Source: Balanoglossus misakiensis
Taxonomy: Eukaryota > Animalia > Hemichordata
Length of the DNA: 64,000 nt
Direction of reading: 5' to 3'
Assembly (NCBI GenBank): GCA_040954595.2
Contig: CM082587.2
Location: 4,296,093 to 4,360,092, forward strand
How positions within the stretch are numbered: the stretch's first letter is position 1; every line of letters begins with the position of its first letter. Below, in pieces: positions 52,317-62,900 of this stretch. The notes beneath the pieces were generated by a model. The model was given only the letters and a program-made list of their open reading frames with translations, was not told the origin of the DNA and made no database searches. The translations under genes were made by a program, and so were the position numbers.

Positions 52317-55300
52317 GTGAGACAATTTTTTATTCGTCTGGCCACCAACATGGGGTTTGTAGTGTGGCAATCCAATTTGTTCTCCGTGGTCACTGTTATT
52401 GCAGAGAGGTAGATCGAATGTTATTAACGTTGACAATGGAATGGGTATTTGGTTTGCTGGACATCGGCAGACGGGCATACATATAGAGATATACATGCAT
52501 GCACGCATGTAGGCAGACAGGGAGACAGACAGAGAGGCGGGCAGGCAAACGGACGTACGGACGGACAGAGAGAGAGAGACAGACGGACAGGCAGGCAGAC
52601 AGATACTAGATAGATCTTGAATTATGACATTTTCACATCAAATGAATACGCCGTGTATTCGCGTTCTTTGTACGTCGATGCCGACGCGATGGTCAGTGGG
52701 TAGGCCTAAATCTCCATCTTCAAGTGTGTTTCAGAGGAATTACGTAACTGCCAGTGCTTGTGACGTCCTTATGTGGTATGCAGTCGCTGCATGTTGGACA
52801 CTACGAGTGCGACGCCTCGCTTACTTTCCTATCCAAGTTACGAGAAAGAAAGAAAAACACGGACAAATCGATGTATGGGTAATATAAACAGAAAAAAATC
52901 TTAAGTTAATGCGTGAAAGAAAATAATTGTTTCGTCTCGTTGGACTTGCTAGCTCCTATTTTAATGTTTTTAGGGGCGGCTGGATCAGGAAAGAGCACTC
53001 TACTGAAGCAGTTTAGGTAGGTATCCACCCACACCCACCGATTACTATAATAAAATCTTCACAAAGTCAACATAATGCCAACTGTTTACCATAAAAGGTA
53101 CTGCAGTGTATATGAATTGTGGACGACTGTAAACCCCCAATGAGTTCTTCGTGTTACGTTACCAGAAGCAACAATGCTGGCCAGTAACCGCGAATAATAC
53201 TCACAAATTGTACTCAACTTCTAGAATTATACACATGGCTGGATTTTCCCAAGAAGATAGGTCGTTTTACAAGGAAATAATATATGACAATGTCACACAG
53301 TCGGTGAGGTCTCTCCTTGAATCGTTGGAAGACTTTGACGGTGCACAAAGGCAGGTTTGTCAACCTCTTGATTATTATGTTTGTAAAGCATTCTACGTGT
53401 GGGCATTCCTTCCCTGTGCGCATTGATTTTCTTGGAAGCCGGGCGAAATTCTTGATTACATTCAACAGAGGTGTATGAGGTGGACATGAAGTGCGTCATG
53501 CATGGAGGACTTCCCGCCTTCTTTAAGTGCGGAATTTTACTTGATTGCAAAGGAACAACAGCCTGATCGCAATCACCGACACTCTGTTTCTCTCAGTTCA
53601 ACACCCCCTTCATGGCAATAGGAGATGACAATTACTTGGATTCAAAGTCGCCATTGTCATTAAGAAAGGACGGCTAAATATAACATATACGGGTTTTATT
53701 CACTCGCCTTCCAGGACAACCATGCCATTTCCTGAAGACGGAAAATCCGACAAATAAAACCATTCAATTCGACCTAATAAATTTAACGTGATTTTATCCT
53801 GGGTCGTCAGTAAAAAATCACGGGCTCAGAAGACAAATTCCAACCTCTTTAAACCCCTAGACCTTGAAGACGAAAAACGCAGTCGTTTTATATAGCGTTC
53901 TGCGACAAGCCCATTCACATTTGATGCGAACTGACTGTCCTTTTCTCTCTAAAAAAACAACAACAACACGCAAACAAACAACAACAAGGACGACGTAGTT
54001 CTGCTCATAAATGAAGCACTCCACACTGGCGATATACAACTCTTGATGCCAGATGTTGTCCAGGTTATTCACACACTATGGAACGATAGTGGTGTGAGAC
54101 AGTTCTACAGTACACATAGTAAACGGGCGGTGGATTCGGCACCCTAGTAAGTATGCCATTTGTCCGTGTTTCATCATTAACCTTCCTGGAAAACATCATC
54201 ATCATCATCACCACCACCACAACCACCACCACCATCATCATCACCATCACCACCACCACCACCACCATTATCATCATCATCGACAACATCATCATTTTAT
54301 TCGACGATGTACGAGAATAACACCAGTCGATATGACCTACAGAAACATTTCCGCATTTTTTATATTTTCTTGCATGTTCAGCTATTTGGACAACATCCAA
54401 CGAATAGGGCTGGCAAAGTATGAACCGACCGATGAAGACATCTTACATTCCAGAGTACCGACAGTTGGCGCCTCGCAAGTACAGTTCAACTTACGAGGAT
54501 TTTTGCTCCAGTAGGTGATCCGTGAGGGGTTTGAAGGTTTTTCCGAGTTGGTTTCTAGGTCAGATGACCTATTCATAACTCAGTCCGAAAGTGCAGTGCA
54601 GTGGATGCCAAGTGTACTTCGGCCTCATAGGACCGAGAAGTCAAGTACATGTACCCAATTGAAGCGACTTGGGGTCACGGTGCACTCATGCACACGACAA
54701 TTTTGGCTCTAAAAAACAAATCTGCCATTTTACTTCCACAGAGTTGTCGACGTGGGTGGACATCGAAGCTGCCGGAGAAAATGGGTCCACTTCTTTGAGG
54801 ATGTCACCGGGGTCATCTTCGTGGCGTCGTTAAGTGAATACGATCAAGTATTGGAAGAAGATAACTGCACTGTGAGTGGCTTTCCGCTGCCCCTCAATCT
54901 GATTAAAATCAGATGTAGAGTTAGGCACCGTCTTTACCTTCGCTGGCCGTTTGCTGTTCTCTTTTCTCGTCCGCCTAGTAGGTTGAGAAAGCCGCGCTGC
55001 GATTGGTTGAGTAGTTTACTTTGACAAAAACGAGATCTTCTGTATAGGTTCAGCGTTCACACCACTATTGTACATAGACATTACAGACCATGAAGCCTAC
55101 CTACACAAACCTTATCTTTGTTAATTTCTTCGTTTCCGGTCCAGAATCGCCTGCAAGAGAGCCTTGCAGTGTTCCGATCAATATGCAATGAGAAATGGTT
55201 CAGAAATACGAGTATGATGCTGTTCCTGAACAAACGAGATGTATTCATCGAGAAACTTCAGACATCGCCACTGCGATCGTTTCTCACAGATTTCAACGGT

Positions 55301-55766
55301 AAGAAACATTCGTGCATTTGCATGTACTAATATTATACACCTGGCTAAGCGTTTCATTACGTATACGCACTGTAGGCTCCAATGCGCATGCGGACGAGGG
55401 AGTGAAAAAAATAATGTCATATTTGACCAATGCATATGAGAGAAAAGAATATGGCATATGCTCGTTAAATTACTTCCTCAAATCCATCTCTTTATGTTCT
55501 AACTCAATCACTTTTACCAGACAAATTACATGTAGATAGGCCTAATTATTATATCATGTTATCTCCTGTTGCTAGGGGTTAACTGTTTTGAAGAGGCCGC
55601 CATGCACATCAAGTCGAAATTTCTGGAACAAAATCACCGACAGAGTCAACGGGAAATTTACGTTCACTACACAACCGCTGTGGATACCAGAAACATCAAA
55701 ATTATTTTCGATTCCACAATGGACACCGTGATGAAAAAAGGCCTGAAAGAAATTGGAATATTCTAA
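52190..55766 (+). CDS. Divergent heterotrimeric G-protein alpha subunit, Gi/o-type gene structure, 8 coding exons, 353 aa
   Basis: Exons 52190-52316, 52974-53016, 53225-53354, 53989-54146, 54382-54510, 54742-54871, 55145-55298 and 55576-55766 join to a 1062-nt open frame. Motifs: [38 protein letters not shown]-terminus LKEIGIF. Exon sizes 43/158/129/130/154 match GNAI-type exons. Confidence 0.95.
52974..53016 (+). CDS. G-alpha exon 2 (P-loop, [15 protein letters not shown])
   Basis: 43-nt exon, tttttag acceptor, AG|gtag donor. Confidence 0.92.
53225..53354 (+). CDS. G-alpha exon 3 ([11 protein letters not shown]...)
   Basis: ctag acceptor, CAG|gtttgt donor; start of helical domain. Confidence 0.88.
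53989..54146 (+). CDS. G-alpha exon 4 (DDVV...[11 protein letters not shown]...DSAPY)
   Basis: 158 nt, LWxDxGV and DSAxY motifs, TA|gtaagt donor; atypical A/C-rich acceptor. Confidence 0.85.
54194..54295. repeat. Compound (CAT/CAC)n microsatellite in G-alpha intron 4
   Basis: Direct read. Confidence 0.9.
54382..54510 (+). CDS. G-alpha exon 5 (YLDNIQRI...[17 protein letters not shown], switch I)
   Basis: 129 nt, canonical splice sites, catalytic Arg retained. Confidence 0.93.
54742..54871 (+). CDS. G-alpha exon 6 ([22 protein letters not shown], switch II)
   Basis: 130 nt, ccacag acceptor, gtgagt donor. Confidence 0.94.
55145..55298 (+). CDS. G-alpha exon 7 (NRLQESL...MLFLNKRD)
   Basis: 154 nt, NKxD guanine-specificity motif. 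Confidence 0.94.
55576..55766 (+). CDS. G-alpha exon 8 ([11 protein letters not shown]...LKEIGIF*)
   Basis: gctag acceptor, G5 motif, TAA stop. Confidence 0.94.
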
Positions 55767-55970
55767 AGGGGCATACATGTAACGTTGTGAACAGCTAGCT
55801 AGCTGTCCCCCCCCCATGTCCATTGTTTCCCAGTTCGACTGTTTATATTAATTTTACAACAAAGCTTCGCATTTTTACCAATTCGAGCTTCTGCATGACA
55901 AACACCAAAACCAGGCAGGCAAACAAACAAACAAACAACCAATCGAAGAAGAATGGGTCGCGCAGAGGTG

Positions 55971-56099
55971 AATAAAACCATTTCCAAATTTCTAGGATAT
56001 TTTGATGAATATTATTGTATACTTTGTGTTCTGGTCAAAGTTGTTGGATTTTTTGGGGATAAAAATGGTTTCTGATTTATCATATAGTTTTAAAATAAA
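55971..56099 (+). other. Candidate polyadenylation signals of the G-alpha gene
   Basis: AATAAA at 55971 and 56094, with T/GT-rich sequence after the first. Confidence 0.45.
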
Positions 56100-56873
56100 A
56101 TTGTATCATGATGAAGGGTTGATGGATCTTCTGGCGTGCTCATTTTGAACACGAGGAATGACTTCAGCAGTGGTGTCATCAAATTTTGATCGCAGGTGAT
56201 GAGGGTTATAAATGTGCGTCTGGCGATCGTCATTTGTGACTGGAAACTAGCTCAATGCTGGAAACAACTCCTGAAATCTGAAGTCAAAGTACTCAAACGG
56301 TTTCTTTCTTGCATGCGATTGTTGTATTGTGGGAGTGATGCGCGATATCGGTCAAGAGAGCGCGCGCTTGCCATTCATCTGAAATGAACATGAAGACGCG
56401 ACTGAAACGAACATGAAGACGCGCGCGATGTACGCAGTGATTATACTATATAGGGCCCTAGGCTTTCAATTTTCTATTAATAAACTTATTAATTTATTGG
56501 TAGACATATATAGTACTCAGCGCCCGATTGAACTGTTCTGACTTCAACTCGGTGGGTCAGTCACCCCTATTACGTCAAAATTTGCATATATACTACAGGT
56601 GTGCTACATTGTTTCATGAGCTGATGAGGTGGCGCGACAAATCCTACTAAAGCACTGCTCAGCTCAGTACCTGTCGATTTGTCGGACTCCCAGTGACAAC
56701 GATTTAGTCGGCAGGCTCAGAACTGATGAGAGGGCACACCCTTTCTTTCATAACTCGAGGTCAGCTTGTCCTTATATTCAATTTTGAACATTTCTCTGAA
56801 GAAAGGTTATATATACAACCGCTTGGCGATGCGACGGCTGACCGCCAAGGTGGGGGCACAGGCACTGTCAGTG

Positions 56874-56952
56874 ATGAAATTCAGCAACACAATCTTTACA
56901 TACCTGTCAGTCTTCCTGCTGTGTTCCGAAATTGTGCAAGCTACCACGCCAG
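56874..56952 (+). CDS. LRP-like exon 1, signal peptide [23 protein letters not shown]
   Basis: Hydrophobic leader, CAG|gtaagg phase-1 donor; an upstream in-frame ATG also exists at 56829. Confidence 0.8.
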
Positions 56953-59900
56953 GTAAGGAGTCATTTTGTAGTACTGCATTTAGTTATCCGGCTGAAAACT
57001 GAATCAGAAACCCGGTGATTTTATTTGAAATATTAAGGTCACGTGCATTCTAACTTCACGAACGACTACAAATCACTAACGTTTAGCTGCCGGTTGGTTT
57101 TGACCTCAGTTTTAAATAAACTTGGCAATCTGCTCAAATGAAACTTGGACCAAGGCAAAAAATTACACGTGTGTACGCGTGTAAGCCAGGTTATAACTAA
57201 ATGTCTTAACTCACTGCATTTCTCGCTCCTCTTGAATACAGCTGGGCTGTACGACTTGGTTCTCGTCCGAGTGATGGGCGTGTTCTCGACAAGCATTATG
57301 AGATGAAAAATATATTTTGTTTGCTTTTCTCCTTCAGGACCAGGGCCTACAGAAAAGTTCGAACCATTATGCCATGAATTCGAGTTCGAGTGTCTGGGTA
57401 CGGACGGTTGTGTACCCCATCGATGGCGATGCGATGGCGATAACGACTGTGGGGATTGGTCGGATGAAAGCGACTGCGGTAAGGCAATTCGACTTCTTTA
57501 GATGCCACCGTACGCAACACTGAACAGAATTGATCAATTCCCAAAGTTGACATCCCTGATAGCTCAAAAATTCGTGTCTTAATGTCGGCAATAATGAATA
57601 TTCCACGTACGTACCTGGCGGGCCCACAGTCGCTAGGGAGTTTACATTACAAAACCCCCCAAGCGACTGTGGGCGGGGCCGGAAATGGCCTGACTTGACC
57701 CCTGTTGCCCACTAACTTAGGGAAGAACCGTTTAATTTGGGGGGGGGGGGTTGGACGTCAGCAATTTTTTTTACTCACTGTTACAGCAATTTCTTTTCGA
57801 TTGCCAGTCCATCTTTTTCCTCAAGACATTACAGAAGCATATTTTCTATTCCTCCACATCACCTGTCAACATTTGAAATGTGCTACACCTGGGAGGTGGC
57901 ATCATTGTCTTGCATAGTGCATGTACATGTTAGACAATGATGCAACATTTGAGTTACCTGTTATGTTTTGTGTAAAGCCATCAAGTGAATTTTAGTCTGC
58001 CCCACTTTAAAAGTTCATCCACCTCACATATATGCTATCATGTAGGGTGATTTTCACATTAGGGATTGGTCAGTTTCTTTGACCGGGGGGTGGGGGTGGA
58101 TTCTCATTTGTGGCTATCAAAAAGTGACTGACCCCCCCCCCCTTCATTGAAAATGGAAAAGTGGGTGATCCCCCCATCACCTAATTCCAAAACAGGGTGA
58201 CCTCCCCCATTAAACCCCCCCCCCCCACACACACACACACCTTCCCCCCGCCGAAGAAACTGACCAGTCCCTTACAACAGGTGAAAAGTTTACCTGAAGT
58301 GAACTCTAGATGACCCCAGGGTCACATTCTGCAGAGATAGCCACATCTCAGTGCAGACAGGTTGTAATGCAGACAATATCACCTGAGGAAGCCAATTGTA
58401 TCTCACCTCAGATTCCACCCGCCGATGCACTCATGAGGAATTTCCATGCGGCAATGGACAGTGTGTCAAACTGGAATGGAGGTGTGATGGTGAGGTGGAC
58501 TGCGATGATAACACCGATGAATTGGATTGCACTGGCAAGTAAAATCTTTGGAATTCACCCCTGTTCCAAGTGCACAAAAGAACAACTTGACACTTTTCAA
58601 AATTTGCTCATGGTTTTAAACAATTAAATTAAACAACAGAAAGCATTGTGTTCATAAATTCTTTCATTGTTTGCATTTCTTGTAGGCAATTTTAACTGCA
58701 CAGGAGGCTCATTTACATGTGCAAGAGGAGGCTGTATTTCTGCCAGTCTAAGATGCAATGGTGAAGACAACTGTTTAGATGGTTCTGATGAGTGGGGCTG
58801 TGGTATGCAAATTTCTCTTGAGAGAACTACATATATGGCAGTTTGAATCTTGGATGCTTTCTTTGATTTCTATTATTATTAGCTATTCCAATGTTGAGAG
58901 ATGTGATCTTAAGTAAGTCTTTACCGGGTAAATTACTAATGTTCATCAAAGGTATGTCTCATTAGCATTGTGTTTCATGTCTCTTTATAGTGACAGGACC
59001 ATGTGGAGCAGACAGAATGCATTGTGGGGATGGTCAGTGTATACCAGCTACTTGGAAGTGTGATGGAGAGCCTGACTGTCATAATGGTGAAGATGAACAA
59101 AACTGTGGTATGTAAAACATTTCTCAGTCTGTTGTTTAAGTTAATTGTGATGTGGTAAAGACTGGTATAAAGAAATATTAAGACAAAGTTTTTTGATTCC
59201 CTAGATCTTGTGGTAAGATGTCAGCAGGATCGGTTTGAATGTGGAAATATGTGCATCCCGGAGAATTGGGTTTGTGATGTAGAAGAAGATTGTTTAGACG
59301 GGAGTGATGAAAAGTACTGTGGTAAGCATGTTGTATTGATAACATTGTTTTGCAATACAATCAGATATGGCTGACGTGTGACCATTTTTTTATATTTCAA
59401 AGCAGTTTACTATGTTTGCAGCACCCTTGGCAATCTTGATATGTTTAGATTGTATCACATGAGTGTAAGGCAGAAATAATAGTCAGATCTGGAACTAATA
59501 GTAAGTTGTGAAAAAAAGTTGTAAACTAGTAATTTTTCATTTGTTGGCTTATGTAAAATGTAACTATTTTATTTCAGAATATGGCACTTGCAGAGAAGAC
59601 ATGTTTCAGTGTAACAACGGTCAGTGCATCTCAGAAGACTTTGTCTGTGATCAGGATGTTGATTGTACAGATGGCAGTGATGAAGATGGATGCGGTAAGT
59701 GCAATGGTTAAATTAATGCATGTGCACATACAGTGTTTTACTTAGTCCCTATTCGAAATCTGAATAAGGAATACGTAACAAACTTCCAAGACTACTTCTC
59801 CCACCAGATCAAGTGTTGTCCTGCAGTGAGACACAGTTTTTCTGTTCACTAGAGCAACTGTGTATCCCCCACCAGTGGCTGTGTGATGGTGAAAGGGACT

Positions 59901-62900
59901 GTAGTGATGGGTCAGATGAATCGCAGTGTGGTGGTAAGTCTGTATCTCACATACATATGCAGTATTGCTTTATACAATATCTATGCACCTTCAGTTTATT
60001 GTCTAACCCAGATTGCATTGATAGTTTTATGTGAAAGTCTCTCTGCCTCTGGGAAATGCCAATTTGTGTTATCCACACTTCCTTGGTCAATAGCTGTATG
60101 CTGTTGCCTCCAGGGCCAGTCTATATGTGTATACTGTAAATATACATATAGATAGATCAGTAAGATAAACAGGCTGATGAGACTACTCTATTGCTAACTC
60201 TTGCATCTTGTCATTTTTTTTCATTTCTACTTAGATGTACCAGCTGTCATATGTGCTGCAGACCAATTTTCCTGTTCAAATCTGTGTATACCTGCCAGAT
60301 GGGTTTGTGATGGTGAAAGTGATTGTTTTGATGACTCTGATGAATCCGGCTGCAGTAAGTCAATGTGTACACAATATGGTTGATATGTCTGTGCATTATA
60401 TACTAGAGAGGCCTTTCTCATATCCTGTCAAAAATAATTGCTTATGCAGGCCAGGATACACTTAGTGAAATAAGATGATTATTCTTAGTTAAGTTCTCAG
60501 ATATCTTGAAAGACCATTTACTGTAACAGTTGTCTTTTATTTCAGGCTCAGTTGTCTGTCCCCCAGAGCACTACAGATGTGTTGAGGGGCTGTGCATCTT
60601 GCGACAACAAGTGTGTGATGGCGTTGAGGATTGTGCAGATGGCTCTGATGAAAGCTGTGGTGTGTATTATAGCTGTTTTTCTGTTCTAATAATGCCTTGG
60701 TATTACATAACTCCAAAACATTAGCAGAATATACCGTTTAACCGCATCAGCTCAATTGGCATTTTGACCTTCATGATTTCCCGTACTCGATATTCTGATT
60801 TGATCAATTCACTGCTACAAGTGTGCTGATGACCTTCTTTGTTATGTAACTTATCTGATCAGACAAATCCAGTTTATACACAGAATGTAATCTCCTGACA
60901 GTGATGCTTTTCAATTTTTAATTATTGAAGTAACAGATCTGACATTTTATCGAAAGCGTGACATATTTTTCTGTCATCTGTAAAAATAAAAAAAATAAAA
61001 TTGGTAATGGATTCTCCTATTTGACAGATGATGAAACAGGGACCTACAGATGTGGTGAATATGAATTCCAATGTGCCAATGATGGCCGCTGCATTAACAA
61101 CACTCTTCTCTGTGATGGAGTCGATGATTGTGGTGACAAAAGCGATGAAGTGGAAAAATGTGGTAAGACTATGAAATTAAGGGGTGTGAAATATTAACTT
61201 GTATATTGTAGGATATGAACCCAGACCTATACCAATTCACATAGCAAGCTTTTAGCTTCTGAGAGCCTAGTTTTCTTGTTTGCCAATATCAGCTTTGGTG
61301 CTATATTGTATGTTTCATCTACAGGAGTAAATGAGTGTGCCTTCAACAATGGTGGTTGCAGCCACCTGTGTTGGGACACCCTGGAGTCCTACTACTGTGA
61401 CTGTGTTCCTGGTTTGACGCTTGGTCCCAACAACCAGACATGTGAAGGTATATATAATTGAAGATTTAAGATTAAAGTGCATGTATAGGGACAAGGGGGA
61501 ATAGCCAAATTACTTGCAATGTCAAAGTTACACTAATTAAGTTAGTAAGTGTGTTCCTAGTCACCAGAAAGGTACAATACTTCCACTTTTACCAATCGTG
61601 CATCCTTATACATGCCTCATCATAGGAATATCAAAATTTGTCATGTACATGTATGTATATTCTATCTCGCAGATATTGATGAATGTGATGTGATGTTTGG
61701 CGCCTGCAGTCATATTTGTGTCAATACGTTTGGCTCTTACAAGTGTCTGTGTGTGAAAGGATATCTGCTTGAATCAGATCGTGAAACTTGTAGAGCTACA
61801 GGTAAGCTATAGTCATCAGTCCTTTTTTTAACCTAGAAGAATTCTCAGATCTAAAGGTCAGCATTAAAGCTCCATCTGCATGTACAGTCAGCATCTGCAG
61901 TTCAGACAACCTTCCCCTCTCCTTAATGTTGTCTTGGAAGTTTAAAAAAATAAATTTCCTTTGTTTGGTATTCATAGGACCAGAGCCTGCATTGATATTT
62001 ACAGACAAACACGAAGTTCGGATTCTGAGCCTGAGAGGAACAAAACAATATGAAGTGGTGACGTCAGGCCTTCCTCATCTTTCATCGCTGGATTTTGATT
62101 GGGCCAATCAGGTCATCTACTATGCAAATTTGACTGATAGAAGTGTTTACCAGGTGTCATTGGTGGACAGAATTCCAGTCATTTTCTTGGCAGGTTTGTA
62201 TGCAAGCACAAAAATATTCCCATTGTCCAATTTGAATCTCAGTGGAGACCAATCCAAGGATGAAATTTCTGTTTATGTTTCCACTATTTTTGTTTTTGGC
62301 AGATATTGGAAATGTAGAAGGAATCTGTTTCGATTGGGTGGGACTGCAAATATACATGACCACATCCCTTCCAGGACAAATTCTGGTGACAACGTTGGAA
62401 GGGGACCATAAAGCCCTCATCAGCTCTGGCATTGATGAACCAAGAGCCATTGTCTTAGACCCGAAACATAGGTAAGCTAGAAGTTGTAGTCACTTTTGAA
62501 CAAAAGAAGGGTTTCCTATTTCACCAGTGTATTTGTTTGTGTCAGTCCGTCTACCTGCAGAGGTGCTTGAAACATGTGTAGAGTTTAAATTGTATTTGAC
62601 ATTACAAATTCTCCTCAGATATATGTATTGGACGGATTGGGGAACAGTTCCCAAAATAGAGAAAGCTGGAATGGACGGTAGCAGGAGAGAGATCTTGATC
62701 CGCAAGGATATCCACTGGCCAAATGGACTGGCAATAGACTATGCCACCAGGAGGTTATTCTGGATTGATGGCAATGTACAGGTCTGTTTTGGCGTATATA
62801 TATTTTGGGGGGATCAAACGTTTTCATCTTTTTTAGTAAGTTTTCCTTGGAGTCTGAGAGAGGAATTAAAGCCTCCTTTCATTTTCTTGTCTACTCCGTT

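Noticed and set aside
52190-55766. G-alpha as a pseudogene
   Set aside because: No stops or frameshifts, all splice sites intact and binding motifs conserved; lack of expression cannot be excluded from sequence alone
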